Made by a program: the position numbers and the translations under genes. A stretch of 64,000 nt of DNA from a virus (lineage: Duplodnaviria; Heunggongvirae; Uroviricota; Caudoviricetes), in IMG/VR virus record IMGVR_UViG_3300027798_000013; one strand, written 5' to 3'. The notes beneath the pieces are model-generated. The model saw nothing but the letters and a program-made list of their open reading frames with translations, ran no database searches and had not been told where the DNA came from. The number at the start of each line of letters is the position of its first letter. Position 1 is the first letter of the stretch. This document shows, one piece after another, positions 35,991 through 44,804 of the stretch.

Positions 35991-36222
35991 CGAACGATAT
36001 CGAGCAGTAGTACAGACTCAACGATTTTTATTACAGATCTTAACTACTCCTCGAGTTCCAAAAGCAATTAAAGATCAAGCAAGAAGTTGTTTACGTCATT
36101 ATCCCAGCGACTGGGATATGAAACGTGCGGCTGAAGGTGCTCCAGACATATTCCAAGAACAGATGGAAGCTGTAACCCGTTTGTTTAAATCCTACGAGGA
36201 AAAGAAAAATGAGCAAGCGTAG
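35977..36222 (+). CDS. Hypothetical protein
   Basis: MTLPDERYRAV...; start reassigned to 35977. Confidence 0.7.
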   Translation: MTLPDERYRAVVQTQRFLLQILTTPRVPKAIKDQARSCLRHYPSDWDMKRAAEGAPDIFQEQMEAVTRLFKSYEEKKNEQA

Positions 36223-37093
36223 TCTAGTAATTGGCATGGGTATTGGTAACTTGTACAAAGATGTACTGACAAAACTTGGACACACTGTTGTTACTGTTGA
36301 CCAAGATATTAGTAAAAAAGCAGACTTTGATTCTGTTGATAAAGCATTACTAGTACACGGCTTATTTGATACTGCTCATATCTGTACTCCTAATTTTACA
36401 CACTTTGAAATTGCGGCCAGAGTTGCTCCACATAGTAAAATTGTGTTTATTGAAAAACCAGGAGTTGCCACTAGCGATACTTGGACTAAACTTGTAACTG
36501 AATTTAAACAAACACGTTTCATAATGGTTAAAAACAATATGTGGCGTAGTAACATAGAAGAATTAAAAACTCTAGCCAGCCAAGCTAAGACTGTAAAAAT
36601 ACGTTGGATTAGAAAGAATTGTATTCCCAGTCCCGGTAGTTGGTTTACAACTAAGAAGTTGGCGTTTGGCGGAGTTAGTAGAGACCTAATGCCACACTTG
36701 TTGAGTTTGTATGTGGCTATGAATTCTGATTGGAAACATGAAACGGTATCTGGGCAAACTGCCATGCAATGTTGGGAATTAACGGATATCGAAAGCACTG
36801 AGTACGGCACTGTCAATCCCACTGGTACATACAACGTTGATGACATGTGCGTGATTAACTTTGGTAACAAATGGCGGTTAGCGGCCAATTGGCGTAGTCA
36901 GGACGAAGAAGACAGTTCCATTGTGTTTGTCATGCCAGATAATAAGATAGAACGATTTGAATTGGGATGGTGCCCGGAAGAGGCATACCATAATATGATC
37001 GTGGATGCTGTTGCTAATATGGACAATTCCGATTTCTGGTTACAGCAATATGCCGTTGATACTTGGATCCATGAGAGAATAGAAAAACTATGA
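36209..37093 (+). CDS. Gfo/Idh/MocA-family NAD(P)-dependent oxidoreductase
   Basis: VIGMGIG Rossmann motif, HICTPNFTH, FIEKPG. Confidence 0.8.
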   Translation: MSKRSLVIGMGIGNLYKDVLTKLGHTVVTVDQDISKKADFDSVDKALLVHGLFDTAHICTPNFTHFEIAARVAPHSKIVFIEKPGVATSDTWTKLVTEFKQTRFIMVKNNMWRSNIEELKTLASQAKTVKIRWIRKNCIPSPGSWFTTKKLAFGGVSRDLMPHLLSLYVAMNSDWKHETVSGQTAMQCWELTDIESTEYGTVNPTGTYNVDDMCVINFGNKWRLAANWRSQDEEDSSIVFVMPDNKIERFELGWCPEEAYHNMIVDAVANMDNSDFWLQQYAVDTWIHERIEKL

Positions 37094-37989
37094 CACGCTG
37101 TTTACAAACAACAGGGCAAGGCTACTTTGAAGAAGTAGAGTACGACAAACCAGCACCCGCTTCAGATCAAATTGAAGTAAGAGCTGTAATGACTGGTGTA
37201 TGTCGCAGTGACATTGATATGATGATGGGCGACTTTGGACCATTGCCACTCAGTATGCAAGGGCATGAAGGATTAGGACAAGTTACACGAGTTGGTTCAT
37301 TAGTTACCGGTGTTAAAGAAGGCGACTATGTTGCCACACGTGGTGAACCTGCGTATGCGGATTATTATAATGTTCGTGATAAAGAGTTTGTAGTAGTACC
37401 AGAAGCTGATCCACGTTATATTATCGAACCGGTAGCATGTGGTATCAATGTGGTAGAGCAAGCGTGGCACGAAATCAAACAACGGTCGCAGGGTAAAGTA
37501 TTGATTTTGGGCAGTGGTTTCCTTGCTTGGGTGGCTTTTCACAGATTGAATACCTATAGTACTGGTACTAAGATAAAACAAATTGACGTACTAGGTTCTA
37601 GCAATATTGAACTGTGGAGTGATAAACTATTGGTTGGTACCAGCGAAAGTTATGACGTAGTTATTGACTTGGGTGGAAAATATTCTTTAGGTATAGATAT
37701 TAACCTAAATAACAATGCTCTTATTATCGACGGTATTGGTAAAGCAGTAAGCAGAGAAGAAGCACAGGCACAACTTTGGAAAGCCTGTACTACAGTTCGG
37801 CCAAGCCCACGTACTGATGGCTTTTTCCAATGTATGAAAGATGCAGTATGGATGATTGAAAACGGTTATCTCGAGGTTGATAGTTTTTGGACTCGGTGTT
37901 ATAATCGTAACACTGAATGGCAACAAGCGTTTGCGGATGGTAGGGATCGTCCAAGCGATTACAGCAGAGGTTATATCAAATGGGACTAA
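37090..37989 (+). CDS. Zinc-dependent medium-chain (MDR) alcohol/polyol dehydrogenase
   Basis: GVCRSD, GHEG.G.V..VG..V..VKEGD.V, IIEPVACG, ILGSGFLA; lacks the structural-Zn Cys4 lobe. Confidence 0.85.
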   Translation: MTRCLQTTGQGYFEEVEYDKPAPASDQIEVRAVMTGVCRSDIDMMMGDFGPLPLSMQGHEGLGQVTRVGSLVTGVKEGDYVATRGEPAYADYYNVRDKEFVVVPEADPRYIIEPVACGINVVEQAWHEIKQRSQGKVLILGSGFLAWVAFHRLNTYSTGTKIKQIDVLGSSNIELWSDKLLVGTSESYDVVIDLGGKYSLGIDINLNNNALIIDGIGKAVSREEAQAQLWKACTTVRPSPRTDGFFQCMKDAVWMIENGYLEVDSFWTRCYNRNTEWQQAFADGRDRPSDYSRGYIKWD

Positions 37990-38495
37990 ACACTGAACAA
38001 CGACAAGGCGTCGTTTACTTTACAGGTTATGAGGTCGAGCATACTATTTGTCATGGTATGTTCACATTGTTTGTTGTAGGTACACCACCTATTGAAGAAA
38101 TTCTTACAAAAGCAAAAGACGCTGATGTAAAACATATCTACTTTGGTACAAGCCAAAGTTTTAATCCAACGGCAATCAGCCACGAAGAATATAAAGCGTG
38201 GGATGACGTTATTATGGGCTGTCTAAAAGCAGACTACTGGGTATCACTAGACTTTGGTGTTGAACACATCGAAGGTGTATTGGAATCCGCATATAACGAA
38301 TATCCTCGCTTTGTCCCTATGATTAGTGTCAAATTACCTTACATTAATCAACTCAATTACAATGCCACACTTAAACTGGACGACCGAACTTGGGGTGCTA
38401 CAAATCCAGGCGTGTGGACACATCACTTACAGAGCTTGATGAGTAAAGACAAGTATACTCATTGGGATCAGTACACTCAAGATACAACATTATGA
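37980..38495 (+). CDS. Conserved phage protein of unknown function in the deazaguanine locus
   Basis: FTGYEVEHT...TLFVVG...HIYFG..QSF...NPGVW. Confidence 0.75.
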   Translation: MGLNTEQRQGVVYFTGYEVEHTICHGMFTLFVVGTPPIEEILTKAKDADVKHIYFGTSQSFNPTAISHEEYKAWDDVIMGCLKADYWVSLDFGVEHIEGVLESAYNEYPRFVPMISVKLPYINQLNYNATLKLDDRTWGATNPGVWTHHLQSLMSKDKYTHWDQYTQDTTL

Positions 38496-39007
38496 GTAAA
38501 AGTTTCATACTGTATTTGCACAATGATCTATCAGGAAATCCTGATTGGAAAAAACTTGGTAAGGCAATGACTCCGTATTCGGCAGTACGCAGTCGACAAA
38601 AAAATTGTTCTGAAAAGTTTTATCTCAATCATGTTTTTTTAGGAGATCCAGTACACATAAACTTCCTTGAAGAGACTTTTAAACGTGATTTTTATGTGTA
38701 TTCCGGTACACATATTAATAAAATAAGTGGGCAAACTGAACTTTTTAAAATGCCAGAAGATGCTATACTACTAGAGTTATCTAAGATAATTGAGAATTAT
38801 AAATTGCATGTTAAGAAAGTAGAGTTGGATTATCCATATTCTGCATGTAATAGCGGAGAATGCCCGCTTAATATTCCTTCGGAAGCAAATTCATATTCCT
38901 TTTTAAGAGATAAAATTATTAAAACTTGGGGTGTTTGTTCTAATACAGTTTCTAAAAAAATGTATAGAGCAGATTCATATTTTAACTTACTATTTGAAAC
39001 AACATGA
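38492..39007 (+). CDS. AT-rich hypothetical protein, possibly T5orf172/GIY-YIG-like
   Basis: Start reassigned to 38492; KKLGKA..P....RSRQK pattern; visibly more AT-rich than neighbours. Confidence 0.5.
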   Translation: MSKSFILYLHNDLSGNPDWKKLGKAMTPYSAVRSRQKNCSEKFYLNHVFLGDPVHINFLEETFKRDFYVYSGTHINKISGQTELFKMPEDAILLELSKIIENYKLHVKKVELDYPYSACNSGECPLNIPSEANSYSFLRDKIIKTWGVCSNTVSKKMYRADSYFNLLFETT

Positions 39008-39399
39008 TTATTAAACAAGACATCCGCCCTAACAAAATGATCTGGGTTACCTTTCGTAAAGAAGGTATTCATTGTTACCCGGCCGCGGCCACAGATCCTA
39101 ACCTAGCAACAGGAGATCAATATGATGTATCGTTTTTGGCTAATCCTCATCGCCATATTTTTCATTTCAGGGTATGGCTTAGTGTCACCCACAATGACAG
39201 AGATGTGGAATTCATTCAATTCAAGCGATGGCTTGAACAACTGTATTCTAGCACACAAAATATTTTGTCGCTAGATCATAAGAGTTGCGAAATGATGTCA
39301 GACGAACTTTATGGCATGATTTCCAATAAGTATCCAGGCCGTGAGGTCTGGATTGAAGTCTCCGAAGACGGAGAAAATGGTTCTTTTATCAAATACTAA
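39004..39399 (+). CDS. T-fold QueD-like protein (DpdL-like candidate)
   Basis: LANPHRHIF (LxxxHRHxF) instead of the QueD CxxxHGH; SCEM and VSEDGENG T-fold motifs. Confidence 0.7.
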   Translation: MIIKQDIRPNKMIWVTFRKEGIHCYPAAATDPNLATGDQYDVSFLANPHRHIFHFRVWLSVTHNDRDVEFIQFKRWLEQLYSSTQNILSLDHKSCEMMSDELYGMISNKYPGREVWIEVSEDGENGSFIKY

Positions 39400-39411
39400 T
39401 AAGAAGGCTTT

Positions 39412-39681
39412 ATGGCTAAAAACTACAAAGAAATTAATTATTTCGAAACCCGCCCTGACATTGTTAAGATCTTCGGTGATCTTGAAGCATTGTTGGATTT
39501 TTGTAGAATCGAGTTGCTTGCGTACAACGAAGCAGACTTGTATAATAGAGAAAGCCATGTGTGGCGCTCTTTTGAAAACAGCCGTCGTCCTAAGAAGGCA
39601 TGGACTGGCGAACGTAAACCGTACTTGGGCAAAAACCCTCGTCCACAAAATACGTTCAACAAGCCACGTTTTAACAACTAA
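39412..39681 (+). CDS. Hypothetical basic protein
   Basis: ORF with RBS-like GAAGG; operon context. Confidence 0.7.
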   Translation: MAKNYKEINYFETRPDIVKIFGDLEALLDFCRIELLAYNEADLYNRESHVWRSFENSRRPKKAWTGERKPYLGKNPRPQNTFNKPRFNN

Positions 39682-40776
39682 ATGACAATCTTCTTAGTTG
39701 ACTTGGAATCAGTTGAGACTAGGTACACGGGTCAGTGGAAGACTCATGTACCTGCTTTACTTAAAAAGGCAGGACACAATGTTCAAATTATCTCTGGCCC
39801 TGAGGATATTCCTACAGCCACTACTCCTGGTGCTTTTCTTAATTTTGGTGGCACCAATATATACAAGTCTCGGCAGGTTGAGCAAATGGGCCGTTTATTT
39901 TGTAGCGGATCCGTTCATCCCGGCGACCACTTTATTTTTACTGACGCTTGGCATCCGGGCATTATAAACTTAAAGTATATGAGTGAGCTGTTGCAGATTC
40001 CAGTAACCACACATGGCCTTTGGCATGCTGGTTCATACGATCCTCAAGATTTCTTAGGACGTATTGTCGGGCCTAAGAAATGGGTAAGACGTGCAGAACA
40101 AAGTTTCTTTCACGGATTTGATCATAACTATTTTGCTACTGAATTCCATGTGAAATTATTCTTTGACGAATTGTTACACAACGGTGCTCCTAGCGAAAAC
40201 CCCTGGTATCACGAGGACTGGGAAGAACGTTACGAAAACGGAAAAATTGTACGTAGTGGTTGGCCAATGGAATATATGGATCATACGTTGGATCTTTACA
40301 AGAGCATGCCAAAGCGTGATCTTATTTTATTCCCGCACCGGATTGCTCCAGAAAAACAAGTTGAAATTTTCCGTGACTTGGCAACACACTTGCCACAATA
40401 TGAATTCGTAGTATGTCAGGATCAACAATTAACAAAAAATGAATATCACAACTTGCTAGGTGAAGCTAAAATGGTATTCAGTGCTAACTTGCAAGAAACA
40501 CTGGGTATTAGTTGTTACGAAGGCGCAGTAGTTGACGCTATCCCATTGGTGCCGGATAGACTTAGTTATACAGAAATGTATTATGATACATTCAAGTATC
40601 CTAGCGTATGGACTGAAAGTTTTGAAACGTACGAAGTTTATCGACAAGATTTATGTCGATTAATTATCGAACATATGGCTAATTACAATACACGTATTCC
40701 ACAGATTCGTAAACAGACACACCTTTTAACTGAAAACTTTTTCTCAGCACATGCATTGTTAGAAAGATTAAAATGA
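39682..40776 (+). CDS. GT-B glycosyltransferase (GT4-like)
   Basis: FPHRIAPEKQ and E-x7-E motif (QETLGISCYEG). Confidence 0.8.
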   Translation: MTIFLVDLESVETRYTGQWKTHVPALLKKAGHNVQIISGPEDIPTATTPGAFLNFGGTNIYKSRQVEQMGRLFCSGSVHPGDHFIFTDAWHPGIINLKYMSELLQIPVTTHGLWHAGSYDPQDFLGRIVGPKKWVRRAEQSFFHGFDHNYFATEFHVKLFFDELLHNGAPSENPWYHEDWEERYENGKIVRSGWPMEYMDHTLDLYKSMPKRDLILFPHRIAPEKQVEIFRDLATHLPQYEFVVCQDQQLTKNEYHNLLGEAKMVFSANLQETLGISCYEGAVVDAIPLVPDRLSYTEMYYDTFKYPSVWTESFETYEVYRQDLCRLIIEHMANYNTRIPQIRKQTHLLTENFFSAHALLERLK

Positions 40777-41210
40777 TACTTGAACTGTTAGAACGCTTGG
40801 ATCGCAAACGCATCATTATGGATCGTCAGTGCAACGAGCCGTTACTAACACGCTATTATTTGTTTTTGAAAGAACGTAAGAATTTTCCATTCAACGTGTT
40901 CTTACACAAGTTTCACAAAGGTGATCCTGGCGATGTGCATGATCATCCATGGCCCTATTTTACATTAATACTGGCAGGCGGTTATTACGAATGGATACTT
41001 AGCGGCAACTGTGAAGTACGCAAATGGCGTGGGCCTGGACACTTTAGATTTTGTAGTGCTACAAGTTATCACCGTATTGAATTAAAATCAGATGTTACGC
41101 CCTGGACGTTGTTTATACCAGGGCCACATAAACGAGAATGGGGATTCCTCGTTAATAAAAAATGGATACATAATGAGTTATACTTATACGACAAACAACA
41201 CAACGGCTAA
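40773..41210 (+). CDS. Cupin (RmlC-like) domain protein
   Basis: LHKF...D..DVHDHPW.Y..LIL.G.Y.E...YHRIEL. Confidence 0.7.
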   Translation: MILELLERLDRKRIIMDRQCNEPLLTRYYLFLKERKNFPFNVFLHKFHKGDPGDVHDHPWPYFTLILAGGYYEWILSGNCEVRKWRGPGHFRFCSATSYHRIELKSDVTPWTLFIPGPHKREWGFLVNKKWIHNELYLYDKQHNG

Positions 41211-41697
41211 TACCGGCACTGACTCTTCAACTGGTTACGGTGCAATTCCGCCGTTAACTACTTCTCAAGTGTTTACAATTAATACTGGCGCAGGCGGCGC
41301 TGGCAATGCTAGTATATTTGGCAGTGCTGGTGGCGCTGGTAATATTACACTAAATGGCGGTAGCCACATTTATACTAGTCCCACTGTAAGTATGGGCGGC
41401 AGTAGTGGTCAGATTTATACAACTACAGGTACCAACGGTGTAAATTGGGCTAATTCAAATGACAATGTTATGATTGTCAAACAAACTCCACCAGAATTAG
41501 AAGTTAAAGGTCGAATGGTTATCAACGGTAGAGACTTGGAAGAACGGTTAAAGACAATTGAAAAAGTCTTGAGTATTCCCGAAAGAGATGTTATACTTGA
41601 AAAGAAACATCCAAAGTTAAAAAAACTGTATGATGAATACATTGCGGCATTGGGAAAATACAGAACATTTGAAGCAATCAAAGGCGAAGATGAATAA
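41173..41697 (+). CDS. Gly/Thr-rich hypothetical protein
   Basis: Start reassigned to ATG 41173 (MSYTYTTNN). Confidence 0.65.
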   Translation: MSYTYTTNNTTANTGTDSSTGYGAIPPLTTSQVFTINTGAGGAGNASIFGSAGGAGNITLNGGSHIYTSPTVSMGGSSGQIYTTTGTNGVNWANSNDNVMIVKQTPPELEVKGRMVINGRDLEERLKTIEKVLSIPERDVILEKKHPKLKKLYDEYIAALGKYRTFEAIKGEDE

Positions 41698-42208
41698 AAT
41701 TTATTACACATGGCAACAAGTAGAAGGTGCTTGTTTAGACATAGCTAGACAGATTCGTGCTAGTGACTGGGAACCGGATTACATCGTAGGTATTGGCCGA
41801 GGGGGATTGATCCCTGCTAATTTGTTAAGTCAGTATATGGGTATTAAAATGTCCAGTTTAGATATTAGTTTACGTGACGGTGGCGATACTGTCAGCAACT
41901 GTGGCATGGCTGAAGATGCTTTTGGATACAATGCGGCGGGAGTCGGTGATCCATGTTGTAAAAATATTCTCATTGTTGATGATATCAACGATCAAGGTTC
42001 GACTATTGCCTGGATCAAACAAGACTGGCAATCCAGTTGTTTGCCTAACGATGCTCGCTGGTCGCATGTGTGGGGACAGAATGTTCGCTTTGCTACACTT
42101 ACTAACAATCTCAGTAGCAAAGAAGATGTAGACTATTCCGTATGGGAAGTTAACAAAGCAGAAAAAGATTGTTGGCTAGTTTACCCTTGGGAGGATTTTT
42201 GGCTATGA
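41690..42208 (+). CDS. Purine phosphoribosyltransferase (XGPRT/Gpt-like)
   Basis: YYTWQQV, IVGIGRGGLIPA, ILIVDDINDQGST PRPP loop, WLVYPWE; start reassigned to 41690. Confidence 0.8.
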   Translation: MNKIYYTWQQVEGACLDIARQIRASDWEPDYIVGIGRGGLIPANLLSQYMGIKMSSLDISLRDGGDTVSNCGMAEDAFGYNAAGVGDPCCKNILIVDDINDQGSTIAWIKQDWQSSCLPNDARWSHVWGQNVRFATLTNNLSSKEDVDYSVWEVNKAEKDCWLVYPWEDFWL

Positions 42209-42405
42209 AGATTTTTTTAAAATTTATTTTAGGTGTTGCTATTCTAATAGTAGCAGTGGCAGTCGGACCAATCTTAATGATTTGGTCATTGAACACGCTA
42301 TTTCCAACATTGGCAATTCAATACACATGGGAAACTTGGACCGCGGCTTTCTTGCTATCTGCGCCGTTTGGTAGTGGCTTGTTCAGGAAATCCAAAAAGG
42401 ATTAA
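42205..42405 (+). CDS. Small membrane protein
   Basis: Two hydrophobic helices; start reassigned to 42205. Confidence 0.65.
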   Translation: MKIFLKFILGVAILIVAVAVGPILMIWSLNTLFPTLAIQYTWETWTAAFLLSAPFGSGLFRKSKKD

Positions 42406-42406
42406 T

Positions 42407-42592
42407 ATGACCCCGGAAGAAGAGAGAGATCATCTTGAGAAAAAGATTCAACAAGTAATATTAGATATCGATCTGCTTAGACAAAAAGGCACTGACGATA
42501 AAAAACTTAATGTTATGATACTTTATCAAGAGTATCTCGAGGACGAACTCAAAAGACTACAAATAAAGTTGAACGGGGTTGGCAATGGGTGA
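42407..42592 (+). CDS. Hypothetical coiled-coil protein
   Basis: MTPEEERDHLEKK; start reassigned to 42407. Confidence 0.6.
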   Translation: MTPEEERDHLEKKIQQVILDIDLLRQKGTDDKKLNVMILYQEYLEDELKRLQIKLNGVGNG

Positions 42593-42854
42593 CGGTGGAA
42601 AGGGAAGTAAACCTAGACCATTTAGCGTTAGCCAAGATGAATTTGCTAACAATTTTGAAAATATATTTGGTAAAAAGGATAAGGACATGCAAGTAAGAGT
42701 AAAAGAAGATCCAAAAGAATTTGGCAAGTGCGGTTGTGGTCGTAGCCCAAGTGGCTACTGTTGTGGTTGGCATGGGCTGACCGAAGAACAATATGCAGAT
42801 CGCAAAGAAAAATACGAAACAGGCAAACAGGATCTGAGTGGAAAAGACATTTAA
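42579..42854 (+). CDS. Small protein with CDGSH-like Fe-S/Zn motif
   Basis: KCGCGRSPSGYCCGWH. Confidence 0.55.
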   Translation: MAMGDGGKGSKPRPFSVSQDEFANNFENIFGKKDKDMQVRVKEDPKEFGKCGCGRSPSGYCCGWHGLTEEQYADRKEKYETGKQDLSGKDI

Positions 42855-43044
42855 TCGAATTGTGGTGTTGTGGGATAATCAAAACGGATTCTGGTGGAAT
42901 GAAACATGTGCTATGGTATTAGAAGTGTTTGGACTGCCTGGAGATCGTTACGAATCCAGACCATCACACGATGCTATGTTTTTTGATTTTAAAAATAAAA
43001 AAGATGCTGACTTATGTCGTATCTTATTAAGTGAGAGATTATGA
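42838..43044 (+). CDS. Hypothetical protein
   Basis: GTG-start ORF overlapping both neighbours. Confidence 0.6.
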   Translation: MEKTFNRIVVLWDNQNGFWWNETCAMVLEVFGLPGDRYESRPSHDAMFFDFKNKKDADLCRILLSERL

Positions 43045-43604
43045 TAGTATTTCAAAATCAGTGGGAAACATTTGAATCTTTTGATTTTGATAATTTAATC
43101 ACAGCCGCAGATCAAAAATCAGCAATGGCTGATATTAGAGCTATTATAGATTCTGGCAAATACTTTACCAATAGTCCTAGATATCAAACTAATGTAAATG
43201 TGTTTGGACAATATGGCGAACATTGGATGAAATTTAAAATGAGTTTCATCTTCAGTTGTTTTATGTATTTGAAAGAAGAAGTAAAGATCGATCAAATACA
43301 ATCTTGGAGTTTTATGACTTCAAACAAAACAGTTGAAGATAGAGATAAACTTTGGCATACACACCAATATGGTAGCGAAAGAACACTGTCGGGTATATAC
43401 TACTTGCATATTCCAGATGACATTACAGATATGAATACTTGTGGAACTGAGTTTGCTATAAACGGTTTGGATGATCCAGAACGCTTTACAGTCAAACCCG
43501 AACAGTACAAGTGGTTGATTTACCCAGGAAAAACTTGGCACAGACCTTGCCCGCCGCAGTCTAGTCAGGATCGATTTGTAATTGCGGCAGACATGGTATT
43601 TTAA
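43041..43604 (+). CDS. Putative 2OG-Fe(II) oxygenase
   Basis: WHTHQ...LSGIYYL.IP...GTEF...LIYPG..WH.P...RFVIA.D. Confidence 0.65.
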   Translation: MIVFQNQWETFESFDFDNLITAADQKSAMADIRAIIDSGKYFTNSPRYQTNVNVFGQYGEHWMKFKMSFIFSCFMYLKEEVKIDQIQSWSFMTSNKTVEDRDKLWHTHQYGSERTLSGIYYLHIPDDITDMNTCGTEFAINGLDDPERFTVKPEQYKWLIYPGKTWHRPCPPQSSQDRFVIAADMVF

Positions 43605-43614
43605 GGAGAATTAT

Positions 43615-43848
43615 ATGTACCACGAAAGTTTAGATGTTAAAGAATTTGTTGTCAAAGAAAGTGCTGGCTTCTGTGTGCGTGTTCGTACACACGAAGTAAT
43701 TTCTCCAAAAGGATTGTACAGTTTAGATTTTATCCAAGAAAGTTTGAACGATAAAGGCGAAGTACAGTCTGATCAAACTTATAATTTTTTCATGACAAAA
43801 GATGAGGTCCGGACTCTATGCAATGGTCTAATGTCAAACGTTATCTAA
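43615..43848 (+). CDS. Hypothetical protein
   Basis: AAGGAG RBS; start reassigned to 43615. Confidence 0.7.
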   Translation: MYHESLDVKEFVVKESAGFCVRVRTHEVISPKGLYSLDFIQESLNDKGEVQSDQTYNFFMTKDEVRTLCNGLMSNVI

Positions 43849-44036
43849 GCAGTTTACTCATTGTAATAGTCATTACAATAGTGTTTATTATCCCTGTTAT
43901 ATTCTTATCCATACCAAAACCAGAAGGTGTTTGGATCAATTGCGGAGTCAGTGAAATTAGTCCCGATTTCACTACAGAGATGCGTGAAGCATGTAGACAA
44001 CTTCGAGCAACAAATAACTTGCAAAAACCTAAATAA
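43818..44036 (+). CDS. Small membrane-anchored protein
   Basis: N-terminal TM; C..SE..PD......ACR. Confidence 0.6.
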   Translation: MQWSNVKRYLSSLLIVIVITIVFIIPVIFLSIPKPEGVWINCGVSEISPDFTTEMREACRQLRATNNLQKPK

Positions 44037-44047
44037 ACCTATATACT
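44019..44047 (+). promoter_or_regulatory. Composite promoter: sigma70 with TAAATA in the spacer
   Basis: TTGCAA-N17-TATACT; TAAATA at 44030-44035. Confidence 0.7.
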
Positions 44048-44066
44048 ATACACATAGGAGTAATAA

Positions 44067-44804
44067 ATGACTGAATCCGTAACGTATAACAACATAGACG
44101 ACAAAGGCTATGAAGAAACTAACCTAGCAGATGCTATTCGCTTTAAAATGAAGCGTGATGGTAAAAGGTTTTGGGCTGGCGATAACGTCAGTGATTATCT
44201 ACACGAAGATGATAAAAACATTCTAATTGAAGAAGCAACAATAGCTTTTGAAAAAGTATTGGATACTCTACTAATTGATAGAGAAAATGATCCAAACAGT
44301 AAAGGTACAGCTCGGCGTCTAGCCAAGATGTACTTCAACGAAATTATGGAAGGTCGTTATGTTCCAGCACCAGATGCAACAGCATTTCCAAATGACTCTG
44401 CAGATCGCTACGAAGGCATGCTCGTGGTTCGCAGTGAGCTACGGTCCATGTGCTCTCATCATCACCAGCCTGTGGTTGGGGTTGCCTACATCGGTATCAT
44501 TGCCGCTAATAAACTCATTGGTCTTTCTAAATATACTCGTATCGCACAATGGTGTGCTCGTCGAGGAACACTACAGGAAGAACTCTGCAACGACATAGCC
44601 CGTGAAATCCAAAAAGCCACAGGAGCAGAAAACTTAGGTGTATATATTCAAGCCACACACGGATGTTGTGAAAATCGTGGTATTATGGCACACAGTAGTC
44701 TGACACAGACCACAGTACTAACTGGTTCGTTTAAAACTGATCCGGGTGCTAAGAAAGAGTTTTTTGATAATATTAAATTACAACAGGAGTTTGCCCCAAG
44801 ATGA
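44067..44804 (+). CDS. folE: GTP cyclohydrolase I
   Basis: TARRLAKMY, SMCSHH, GLSKY.RI, LQEEL, HGCCENRG. Confidence 0.95.
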   Translation: MTESVTYNNIDDKGYEETNLADAIRFKMKRDGKRFWAGDNVSDYLHEDDKNILIEEATIAFEKVLDTLLIDRENDPNSKGTARRLAKMYFNEIMEGRYVPAPDATAFPNDSADRYEGMLVVRSELRSMCSHHHQPVVGVAYIGIIAANKLIGLSKYTRIAQWCARRGTLQEELCNDIAREIQKATGAENLGVYIQATHGCCENRGIMAHSSLTQTTVLTGSFKTDPGAKKEFFDNIKLQQEFAPR

